Source: an uncultured bacterium (GTDB taxonomy: Bacteria; Omnitrophota; Omnitrophia; Omnitrophales; Aquincolibacteriaceae). Taken from it: a stretch of 35,881 nucleotides of DNA. Positions 25,734-35,200 of this stretch are shown in pieces (within the stretch, counting starts at the first letter, position 1; each line of letters starts with the position of its first letter). The position numbers were made by a program, and so were the translations under genes. Below the pieces are notes generated by a model, which was not told the DNA's origin, did no database searches, and saw only the letters and a program-made list of their open reading frames with translations. The stretch spans positions 1 through 35,881 of the forward strand of contig CAYGIT010000003.1 of the NCBI GenBank assembly GCA_964349955.1. Direction: 5' to 3'.

Positions 25734-27920
25734 TCATTTCGCCGGAACAAGAGCGGCTTTGACAGCCGGAAGATACATCTTCTCGACATACTCCGAAAGC
25801 ATGCGGTCCGTATTGAATTTTTTCGTGATCGTTTCGATTGAATTTTTCATGAGGCCCACCCATTCGCGGGAAAAAACATCCGACCCCTTTTCGCGCTTGA
25901 AATAGATGGGCAAAATCGTGGTCTCCAGAAGAGCAAAAAGCTCGGCCCGGTCATGTTCCGTGGAATGCGCGTCTCCTAAGCCGAACAACCAGCCATTTTT
26001 TCCCTGTACAACTCCTTCAGGGACCCAACCGTCGGAAATGGAAACATTCAGCACACCGTTCATGCCGGCCTTCATGCCGCTGGTGCCGCTGGCCTCCAGC
26101 GGCCGGATGGGATTATTCAGCCAAATATCCACGCCGGCCTCAAGGTAGCGCGCAAAATCAATGTCATAGCCCTGCACAAAAACAATTTGTGCCTGGAAAT
26201 TCTTTTCCGCCGCGCGTTGATTGAGCCGCTCGGCGATATTCAAAATTTCAGTAATTTTTTCGCGGCCTGAATAATTATTCGGGTGAGGTTTTCCGGCATA
26301 AATAATATTCACCGGCGCTCCGTACGCCCGGTACGCACGTTCCATAAATTGAAAAAGTTTCTCTTCATCTTCGAGCAGCATGGTGACCCGCTTGTATTCC
26401 GCAAACCGGCGCGCAAAACCGATCATGAAGGCATTGGGCATAAGCATGTTCTGGGTCTTCTCATAAATGACCTGGGGGTCTGCATTTTCCCTTAAAAGTT
26501 GATATGCATGCCGCTCCCTCACCTTCGCGATGAGCTTGACCTTGAATTCGGTATGAAGGGCCCATATTTTTTCATCTGGAATCCGGGAAACTTGATCCAA
26601 TCCGCCATGTTCTTCAATCGCCGTCCGCAACACGGGTTTCTGCCAATAGGGCGCATGCACAGCATTCGTGATGGAAGTAATCGGTACATTTTTCCCATCC
26701 GCCTCCGGAAGGCTCCAGGCAAATCCCCACATTTTGCGGCAAACTTCGCCGTGAAGCTCGCTGACCCCGTTGCGGCAAACGCCGGAGAGCAGAAGCGAAA
26801 GCTTGGTCATGTCAAACATGTTTTCACGGTTGCGCGCGCAATTAAAAATAAATTCCCGGTCCTCCGGAGCCAGAAAACCATCCAGATAGGGTTGCAGGTA
26901 TTCGCGCACAAGGTTTTCATCAAAACGCTCGTTTCCTTCCGGAACCGGCGTATGCGTCGTAAAACCAAGAATCGCGGCGGTGCGGGTCCTGGCTTCTTCA
27001 AAGGAAAGCCCCTTTTGCATCATCCTGCGAATGACTTCAAAGGCGGCAAAAGCCACATGGCCTTCATTTAAATGATAGGCTGCCGGCTCATACCCTGCTT
27101 CTTCCAGCGCTTGCACCCCGCCGATTCCCAGCAGAATTTCCTGTTCCAGGCGCCGGCGCCGTTCCTGGTCATAATATTTTTGCGAAGCATAAAGCCGGCG
27201 CGTGATGTGGCGGTCATGCACATGATTCTCGCGCACGTCGGAATCGATGAGAAGAAGCTCGCATCGTCCGATCCGCGCCCGGAAAACCCGCGCCTTCACT
27301 ATGCGGCCTGGCATTGAAACCGCAATCATCAGATCTTCTGTTCCGCCCTTTTTCTTGACCGTTTCCAGCGGAAGAAAATCGCGCACGGGCTTGCGCGAAG
27401 GAATGATCGATTCATACACCACTTTCATGATGCGGTCTGAACCGATTTGCTGGCGGTAATAGCCGTGCAGATAAAAAAGGCCGATCCCCGTCATTTTAAG
27501 CCCCAAGTCGCTTGCCCCGCGCAAATGATCGCCGGAAAGGATCCCGAGGCCGCCGGAATAGGTGCGCAGGATATCAATGCCGTATTCCATTGAAAAATAC
27601 GCGATCGTTCGGTCCACCATTTCAGGATATTTTTGAGTCACAATAGTTTGGGCCGGCTGCATGTAGGCTTTGTATTCGCGCTCGACCTTGCGCATGAGAT
27701 TCAGGAATTGGGAATCGATCAAGAGTTCGGCCAGGCGGCGGCGGTAAAGAAGCGGGTTTTCGTGCTGGATCCGGAGAAAACGGTAGAGATTGCGCCGGAA
27801 GAGGCTCCAGGCATAAGGATCCACAGCGCGAAAAAGGAGGTGAACGTCGGAATTCCACTCGAACCAGAAATTCGAAACGATTTTTCGAAGCGTGCGTTCT
27901 ATATCCAGCTGTTCGGGCAT
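25734..27920 (-). CDS. glgP: Alpha-glucan (glycogen/maltodextrin) phosphorylase, GT35 short form
   Basis: This 728-aa ORF reads AYFSMEYGI...YSGGLGILSGDHL and has the PLP-lysine region EASGTSGMKAGMNGVLNVS. Confidence 0.9.
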   Translation of the reverse strand: MPEQLDIERTLRKIVSNFWFEWNSDVHLLFRAVDPYAWSLFRRNLYRFLRIQHENPLLYRRRLAELLIDSQFLNLMRKVEREYKAYMQPAQTIVTQKYPEMVDRTIAYFSMEYGIDILRTYSGGLGILSGDHLRGASDLGLKMTGIGLFYLHGYYRQQIGSDRIMKVVYESIIPSRKPVRDFLPLETVKKKGGTEDLMIAVSMPGRIVKARVFRARIGRCELLLIDSDVRENHVHDRHITRRLYASQKYYDQERRRRLEQEILLGIGGVQALEEAGYEPAAYHLNEGHVAFAAFEVIRRMMQKGLSFEEARTRTAAILGFTTHTPVPEGNERFDENLVREYLQPYLDGFLAPEDREFIFNCARNRENMFDMTKLSLLLSGVCRNGVSELHGEVCRKMWGFAWSLPEADGKNVPITSITNAVHAPYWQKPVLRTAIEEHGGLDQVSRIPDEKIWALHTEFKVKLIAKVRERHAYQLLRENADPQVIYEKTQNMLMPNAFMIGFARRFAEYKRVTMLLEDEEKLFQFMERAYRAYGAPVNIIYAGKPHPNNYSGREKITEILNIAERLNQRAAEKNFQAQIVFVQGYDIDFARYLEAGVDIWLNNPIRPLEASGTSGMKAGMNGVLNVSISDGWVPEGVVQGKNGWLFGLGDAHSTEHDRAELFALLETTILPIYFKREKGSDVFSREWVGLMKNSIETITKKFNTDRMLSEYVEKMYLPAVKAALVPAK

Positions 27921-28013
27921 TCGATCCTAAAGGCTCAAAACGAATTATAAAAGGTTAGAGAAGTGTATACAGTACCAAAAACAGAGGGAAAATTCACGAG
28001 GAAATTATTTTAA

Positions 28014-28057
28014 CAAAAAAGCCCGAGGATCCCGCCTTCAAAGGCGGAACCCCGGGC
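28014..28057 (-). terminator. Intrinsic terminator of the cold-shock gene
   Basis: On the minus strand the sequence is gcccggggttccgcc-tttgaa-ggcgggatcctcgggc followed by TTTTTT, 25 nt after the csp stop. Confidence 0.75.
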
Positions 28058-28082
28058 AGAAAGTTTTCCGGGAGGAAAAATC

Positions 28083-28307
28083 CTATTTCTTCTGGGGAGG
28101 CGGAGGATTGGTGCGTATAACGTTGACGGCCTGCTCGCCCTTGGGCCCCTGGGTGATTTCAAACTCCACCGATTCCCCTTCATTAAGCGATTTATAGCCC
28201 TCGCCCTGAATCGCCGTAAAATGCACGAAAACGTCTTTTCCGTTCTCGGGCGTCACAAATCCATACCCTTTTTGATTGCTGAACCACTTCACGATGCCTT
28301 TGACCAT
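28083..28307 (-). CDS. cspA: Cold-shock protein (CspA family) with a short Pro-rich tail
   Basis: The sequence reads [33 protein letters not shown] (RNP1/RNP2 motifs). I used the start at ATG 28307 rather than the 107-aa track ORF. Confidence 0.92.
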   Translation of the reverse strand: MVKGIVKWFSNQKGYGFVTPENGKDVFVHFTAIQGEGYKSLNEGESVEFEITQGPKGEQAVNVIRTNPPPPQKK

Positions 28308-28402
28308 GGTCTTGTCCGTCCTTTCGCCTTCATAACTGCTCAATCTGACAAAAGTATAAATAAGCCCCCCGCCCCCTGTCAAATTCAAACTTTCACCAAC
28401 TC

Positions 28403-28702
28403 TCAAGGATGGGGAGTCACAGCAATGATTGTAATTTGCCTTTTATCCGGGCCATAACACCAGAAGAGCCGGTAAGCAGCGGGAGTTTGATTTTGAACGT
28501 AAGCTTCGAAGACTTTCTGCTCTTTTGAAAATGGTGAAGGAATGGAGTGATATTCATGCGTCTTCAAAGAAGGATGACGGGGATTCATTTGAAGGAAAGC
28601 CAGGCTCTTTTTGATTTGCTTCATGAGCCCTGTATGTGCGGGACTAACTTCAAGGCGATCCAATTCCCTCTGCGCCGAGGCAGTAAAAAGAATTTCAAAC
28701 AT
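28403..28702 (-). CDS. Putative type II toxin, RelE/ParE-superfamily-like
   Basis: This 99-aa ORF overlaps the upstream AbrB-type gene by 1 nt. Its C-terminal pattern [25 protein letters not shown] resembles RelE/ParE toxins. Confidence 0.6.
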   Translation of the reverse strand: MFEILFTASAQRELDRLEVSPAHTGLMKQIKKSLAFLQMNPRHPSLKTHEYHSIPSPFSKEQKVFEAYVQNQTPAAYRLFWCYGPDKRQITIIAVTPHP

Positions 28703-29004
28703 TATTCAGGGTCGGCATATTTTGAAAAATCTTCGCGCGCCTTGCTTATCTTACCGGCACGAGCTTCTTCAAGGCCTTTTGCCACCGCCGCCTTTGCCAC
28801 CTTGTTTTGAAACAGCCATGCTTCATAAACCGGAATCGTTGTCTGGGGATCCAAAACATATTGTCCAATTGAATTCCGGTAAATCTTATAACTCGATACC
28901 TTGACGCTACCGGAAGCGCCTAACGTGATCCTGTTTTTTGAGTCTACTTTTACCTCGCCGTAAGGCTCAAAATCAGATTCTTTAATGACATTTTCTTTAT
29001 CCAT
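28702..29004 (-). CDS. Putative type II antitoxin, AbrB/MazE/SpoVT-type DNA-binding domain
   Basis: This 100-aa ORF has an N-terminal swapped-hairpin motif GEVKVDSKNRITLG and a helical C-terminus. It lies immediately upstream of the toxin-like ORF. Confidence 0.6.
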   Translation of the reverse strand: MDKENVIKESDFEPYGEVKVDSKNRITLGASGSVKVSSYKIYRNSIGQYVLDPQTTIPVYEAWLFQNKVAKAAVAKGLEEARAGKISKAREDFSKYADPE

Positions 29005-29043
29005 ATCGCGCCCCTATTTCATCAGTCCCAATTTTTTTCCTAG

Positions 29044-29073
29044 GTCATTCCCGAAATCCTTGTTCGGGAATCC
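29044..29073. repeat. Family B REP-like hairpin (GTCATTCCCGA-N8-TCGGGAATCC)
   Basis: The stem attcccga/tcgggaat lies in the divergent spacer between the TA pair and the giant ORF. Confidence 0.7.
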
Positions 29074-29103
29074 ATTTTGTCTCTGACAAAAATATAGCAT
29101 AGG

Positions 29104-29129
29104 GTGGGAAATAGATCAAGTGGGAAATA
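29104..29129. repeat. Direct repeat GTGGGAAATA x2 (16-nt period), a candidate operator
   Basis: The sequence gtgggaaata occurs at 29104-29113 and again at 29120-29129, in the divergent intergenic region. Confidence 0.4.
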
Positions 29130-29275
29130 ATTAAAAAGGGTATTAAGCACTGCTCATCACGATCGCCTCTGACTTAGAATAGCTTATAGCAATTCATAAC
29201 ATTTCGGGCCTGTCTATTGAAGTCTCTAAGAAAAGCGGTGATCTTTAAGTTTGAAAGAAAGACTGAGGATAATGA

Positions 29276-32200
29276 ATGGCTTCTAAGTTAGTTTCTCTTT
29301 TTCTGGCGATTGCGATGATCATGGAACCCATGGTTCCGCTTTATGCTTGTCCTCCCGGTTTCACATGCATTGGGTCAGGTGCCGGGGAACTTGTAAATGC
29401 ACCCATAGGAACGACAACAACTACGACTACTGACGGTAACGGCACTACAACTACAACCACGACAACTACCTCGACCTCATCGCTGCCGCCTTCAATTTCG
29501 GCTACCAACCCACTATCGTCACCGTCACCTTTACCGACACCGAGTGCAACCAGCGCTCCTTCATCTTCACCGAGCCCTGGTACAACGACAAACTCTTTTC
29601 CAGCTAATTTTACAATTATTTACAATGGAACAAATTCTGACTACCCGGACCTGCGGCAAAGATTTTCTACTGCTCTCGGTTTTGATTCATCAACGAGAGT
29701 AGCGATCATGCTCAATACGACAGAACCCATGGTACACAATGCGCTCTATTTTGAAATCCATGATCTGAATAATCCGTCAGGCCCCATTCAAAACCGGGGC
29801 ATGATATCCATTTTATCCAATGCGGCGGCAATGCTCACACTGCCTTTCTCCGCCTTCCCTTATTATTTTATGCCGACATTAATTATAGAACCGCGGACAT
29901 GGGGCCTGGTGGCCGAATACCTTCCACCGAGCATTGTTAAATCGGCGCCGACAACACCTCCATCAACACCCACACCGGCTTCAACGCCATCGACAACCGG
30001 CCCAACACCGGAACCCGTCGAATCGGTCGTTCAGTACTTTTCTCCGGTCGCATTTTCCATCGCAGCCACTCCGGAAACCCCGGAACCAAGCGCGACACCA
30101 GCAATTGATCCGACACCGACACCATCAACTGAGCCCTCGACTACGCCAACAACTGACCCGTCAACGACACCTTCAACGGAGCCGTCAACGACACCTTCGA
30201 CTGAGCCGTCAACGACACCTTCAACGGAACCATCAACTACACCGTCGGAAAGTCCCGCTGAATCACCGGCGCCTTCACCTTCATCATCAACGGTGCCAGA
30301 TCCGTTGCCCTCGCCATCGGATGACGAGTCGCCTTCACCGGAGGATGAGGAGGAACCCACTGATTCTCCAACGCCACCAACGCAAAGCGCTGAAATTGTG
30401 TTGAATGCCTGGATTCCCCAGGAAATGACCAATTTTTTCCAATCTAATGAACTTGCCGTTGTGCGCGCTATCGCCAATCAACCTTTAAACTCCCTTAGCC
30501 TTAACTGCCAACCCGATTGCGGTTTGGCTTTTAGAAACACAACCACAAACAACTTTTTTTCCGCATTCGTTGCTCTTTCCGATCAAGACAGCATCGACCT
30601 CACGACGGCAGAGTTCGTTGGTTCTACGGCGCGTATGAGCAGCGGAATCGTTTTAACTGCGGGGACATCCGATCCGGTTACTATTAAAACATTAACCATT
30701 GACCGCGATGACAACGGCCAGATTACTGCAATCCATTTTCTGGACGAAGACGAAATAAGCAAACTGACCCTTCGCTATCCCCAGGAAGTCCTGTCAACGG
30801 CTCAAGTCGACCCGATGTCTTCCGATAACTCGATTTATATTTTTAATTCCGTCCCCAATTTTAATCCCGGAGATTTAAAATTTCTAACTTCCCAAACAAA
30901 CACCGAAACTCCCGGGCCCGTGAAAATCACACTCGAAAATGGTGAGATTCCCGGTTCCGCAGAAACTCAATGGATCTCTTTTTACACGGCGAATGAAGAT
31001 CAATACAGGATCCTGATTCCCAATGGTCCGCCAGGAACGCTGACTCAAGATGTGGCCCTTTCCAGCGCACAAATGGGAATGATGCAAATGGAAACGAATG
31101 AATTCGATCCCATCACAGGTTCTTCACTTTCATTAGGCCCTGCCCCCTTAGACACATTACGGATTGTCCGTGACGCAACGGGCAATATCGTTTCCATCTC
31201 TTTTAAGTCTAATGGCTATTCTCTTTTAAAAGTCACCGTTCTTCCCGTAACGGCTCCGGAAGTGAATGAGAACGACAACATTTCAGATATTTCCTTTGCT
31301 TCTATTGAAAACCAGGACGAAGTTTCGGAAGAAGACTGGAATGAGTTTGGAATCGTGGAAAGCGACGAAAATCCTTTCTCCGAAGAACCTTCTCTCGACG
31401 ATCCTGATCTTGAATCAATTCCAGATGCAGCAAAAGCTCAAATGCAAAGCGTCCTGAATTCATTGAGCTTTGTCCTTCAGGTCGCGATCGTTACGGGGCA
31501 AGTGGATCAAGGCACATTTGGAATGAGACAGTCCGTAAATCAGATCATAGAATCAAATAATTTGCTCAACTATCCCCAATTCCGGAATGCCTATCAATCT
31601 ATCATGCAAAGGATCTTGCGGTTTTCAAATAGCGCGAGATATGTGGAAAACCTGCCTGATCCCGCAATGAATCTCCCCGAAGACCTTCCGGAATCCTACC
31701 GGCAACTTTTGACGGATTTCATGTCTGCTAATGAGCCAGGCAACCCGGATTTGGGGCCATCCGAGAATTTCCTATCGGCCATCCAGGAGGAACAGGGCCG
31801 CATTGCCCAACTTGCCACAGACCGGGACGCGCTTTTTGTCCGGGCATTGACCGATCCCGCGGCTCTGGATCAATGGAACAATCAGCCCGTTTCAATCGCA
31901 GGAAGAAATTATTCCTCTCACGCAATGGCCTATCTTGCGGAAATAGCCCGGTCTCAAAGGCGCATCAGTTTTCTTAAACAGGCTTTTCGCCGGGTGATTG
32001 CCCCGCGTATGGCTGCGGCAATAACCGCTGTCCAGAACGACCGGCTGGCAGCCCCTCAATCCGCGACCGGTTCACAAGATTTCCGCGAAGGATTTCTCCG
32101 GGAGATCAATTATTACGCCACCAATCTTGGCATAGGCACCGAGGCTGCCATGCGGGCCAACCTGGATGCGCTTCGCCTTCAAGCGACCAACGCGATACGA

Positions 32201-35200
32201 ATTGCTGAAGGACTGGGCCAGCCCATCCAAATCAATGAACAAACATTCGTTTTAAACCTCATTGATCTGCTTCGCAGTGTTAATCCACTCCCCATATCCG
32301 CTCCCGCAGCCGAGGTAACGGTAAATATCCAGGGAAGCGATAGTCAAACCCGTGCGGGAACCCTATTAATGAATCCGCTCCCAACAATAAGCGATCTTCC
32401 GTCAGGAATCGTCAGGTCCGCCAATCCAATCACGGCCGGAGCGGGAGGACGTTTTCAGGCCTCCAATTACAGCCTGGGCTGGAGCGTCGACAACAATAAT
32501 CAAAAGCTTACTGTTATTGAAACCCGGATATGGCAAGAAAGCGGCCAGGAATGGCGTGAGGTCAAGAATTCCGCCGGAGACTTCCGCAGAATGAGGGGCA
32601 TTGTCACGCCCGTAACAGCATCTGCAAGGGATTGGAAAATCAGCGAAGTCCAGTATGCTAACGGTTCAATCGTTCGAGGAGACCCGCCGGCTTATGACCG
32701 GATTCCGGTTTCACTCCGGGATGCCATGACCGCAATCGTCAATATTCCCGGCGAGCCGGGTGAAATGAGAATTGTCCAGTTCTCCGCTCCGTTGCAGGAT
32801 GGCACTATCCTTAATTTTGTTAATCCTTATCTTATGGAACAACGCCAGGGAAACCAAGTTTTGGGATGGCAGCTGAATTTGACAAGCTTGCAAACCCTTA
32901 GTCAGTATTCTCCGGCCAATCGCATGGCCCAAGCCCGTTTGATAGCTCAAAATATTTTATCCGGCAACAACAACCAAATACTTAACGCTTTGATTGCCTT
33001 TACGATGGGACTCGGCCGCTATAATCTCGAAAAGAATACAAACGCAGAATTTGATTTTTCCGAGGCGATAGCACAATTTTTATTTGATCTTACGGGTCCC
33101 ATGGCAGGCGATGCCTATCAGATTAGCAGGCAATCAATCGCCTTGAATACCACGGGTAACTTAATATTTAAAATTCAAAACGACAACAAACTTAACATGA
33201 TGGCAACTTACGTAGACAGCAACGGAGCAATAGTTCGCCAAATTCCTGCCTATTTCGGGCTACGCTCGGACTATCCTGGAATGAACAATGGCACCCCCGC
33301 CTATAACGGAACCGACATGGCCCGTTCAGCGTATGGTTTATTAGTGATGCAAGGAAATACAGCCGGAGCGCAAACCACCAATAATGCGGCCAATAATCCG
33401 GCAAATCTAATTCGAGAGTACAAAGACGATGGAAGTATGAATTTGTGGGTCACAGACGCCACGCCTCTCACCACCATGGTCCTTAATGACCGGTACAGGA
33501 CCTTAGTTTCTCGCTCCATATTGGGCAGCGATGGTCAAGTAGGAGATTGGAATCTTTCCGTTGCACGATTGGTCAGGATAAGCCATACGTCAGTATCCAC
33601 TGGTGTCCCTTCTTATTTGGGAGTGATCGGACAATCCTTAAGCGCTAACTGGATTCCGCTCTCCTCTTTTGGACTTGAGACCGACCGTGCACTGCCGAAT
33701 ATTGCTTCGATGGGTCTTCAGGGAATAGGTGTCGGCTGGAATTTCCTCTTTAGTACTGCAAGGTCTGGTTCCCGATTGATGGCTGCCGAGGTTTTTTCCC
33801 AATTGGGAGTTGATCTCGGCGTCGAGAACCAGCTTTCCGCTATTTCAAATGAAATTGAAGCTGTCATAGCCCTCGGGCAAATAGAAGGATTAGTGACAAA
33901 CTCAACGACCCCTCCGCGAGAACAGATCATGCAGCAACTTAGCCGGGGGAATATACCAACATTTATGCAAGGCGATTTTGCCAGAGCTAAGGCGATCCCG
34001 GGCGCCACAGCCATTTTGGATTACATGGTCCGGCTTCGACGTGAAGCCAATACGCCCCGGGACAACCGGGCCGGGGTTGCGCCGGGAACACGGGACGCCA
34101 TTATCAACGCTCCCATTACGGAAGCCCAGCGGGCTTTTGAACTTGTCAAGTGGAGGATCCCCGGAGAATTGAGTAATCTCCGGGCCAGCGCCGGATATGA
34201 TGTCTTGACTAATGCTGCCATGGGTTTCCTCGCTAATGCTAACAATAAGCTGGCGGAAGAAGCTGCAGCCCTTATTGTTCTGCACGGACTCGGCGCTGTC
34301 GCTGCGGCAGCGGCCCGTGTGCCTGCGACAGTTGAAGCAGCCGCGGCAGCCCGAGCGGTCAGCGGAATCACTTCGATTACGCGAGCCAATGCAATTACCG
34401 GAACGATTCGCGTGGCAAGCGCAGCCGTAAACACTTCCATGCTTCCGGGCATTGCGGCTTCACTCCCCTTGCATTTAGTAGAAACTCTCCATGCCTTGGG
34501 AGAAGGAAATTACGTGAACTTCAGCGATGCTGCCGCCGGACTGGCCATGGACTCTTTTTTTGCTTTCACCATGGTACACGGACTCGTTCAAGGTTTTACC
34601 GGTGGCTCCCCTCACGGCACCGGCCCTATCGATGCGGTCCTCCAGAGGGGCGCAAATAATCTCATCGATATCGCTCAAGGTTGGCGGCCCGGGACAGCGG
34701 CAGCTCTTGCTCCCTACCTTGTTGCTATTCCTCGTATCCGGGATGCCAATAACCGGCAAACACTCATCGAACAAAGTTCCTTATTAGATCCCATAAGGCT
34801 GGAAATCGATCGTTTGCTCAGCCGACAGGCAGCAGGCACTCTTACTCCAAACGAACGGATTCGCTTAGGTTTTTTGCGACTGCAACAAGAAAATATTCTT
34901 GGCGGCATGCGCACCTTGATTTCTCTGGATTATATTGAAAGTTCCAGGTCCCAACTGCTCAATGGCCGGGACCAAAGCGCCCTCTCCGAAGCCGAAAGGG
35001 CCACTTTCGATCAACTGCAGGCAGAATCAAGACGCCTCAATCAAGAAATTGACAGCCTTTATCGCGAACTTTCACGATCTCTCGTTGAAAGAGCCCCCAA
35101 TGCAATTGATCTTACTCCTGAAGTTAATGTTACGCGGGCAAACATTCCGACCGCTCGCGGTGCGACCACTCTTTATGAAGGCGGCTCTCTTATTTTAGCC

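Noticed and set aside
4576-29073. The dispersed hairpin repeats read as a CRISPR array.
   Set aside because: The copies are scattered over 25 kb in separate intergenic spacers and are internally palindromic. They are not arranged as regularly spaced direct repeats with unique spacers, and no cas genes are present.
29934-30477. ORFs 29934-30404 (+, His/Arg/Gln-rich) and 30031-30477 (-, Gly/Val/Ser/Asp-rich) across the PT-repeat region.
   Set aside because: These are alternative-frame and antisense readings of the repetitive Pro/Thr/Ser linker of the giant ORF. Their periodicity just mirrors the 24-nt repeat.
30400-33500. An impression that parts of the giant ORF are more AT-rich than the core genes, which could signal horizontal acquisition.
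   Set aside because: Spot counts of single 60-nt lines ranged from about 32% to 65% GC within the ORF and from 40% to 60% in core genes. Without a proper sliding-window GC or tetranucleotide calculation the claim is not supportable.
33718-34914. A stack of minus-strand ORFs (33718-34014, 33902-34285, 34021-34452, 34475-34774 and 34714-34914), plus 35342-35812.
   Set aside because: They overlap one another and are antisense to the uninterrupted 6.6-kb + frame. The Ala-rich 34021-34452 product mirrors the Ala-rich sense segment.
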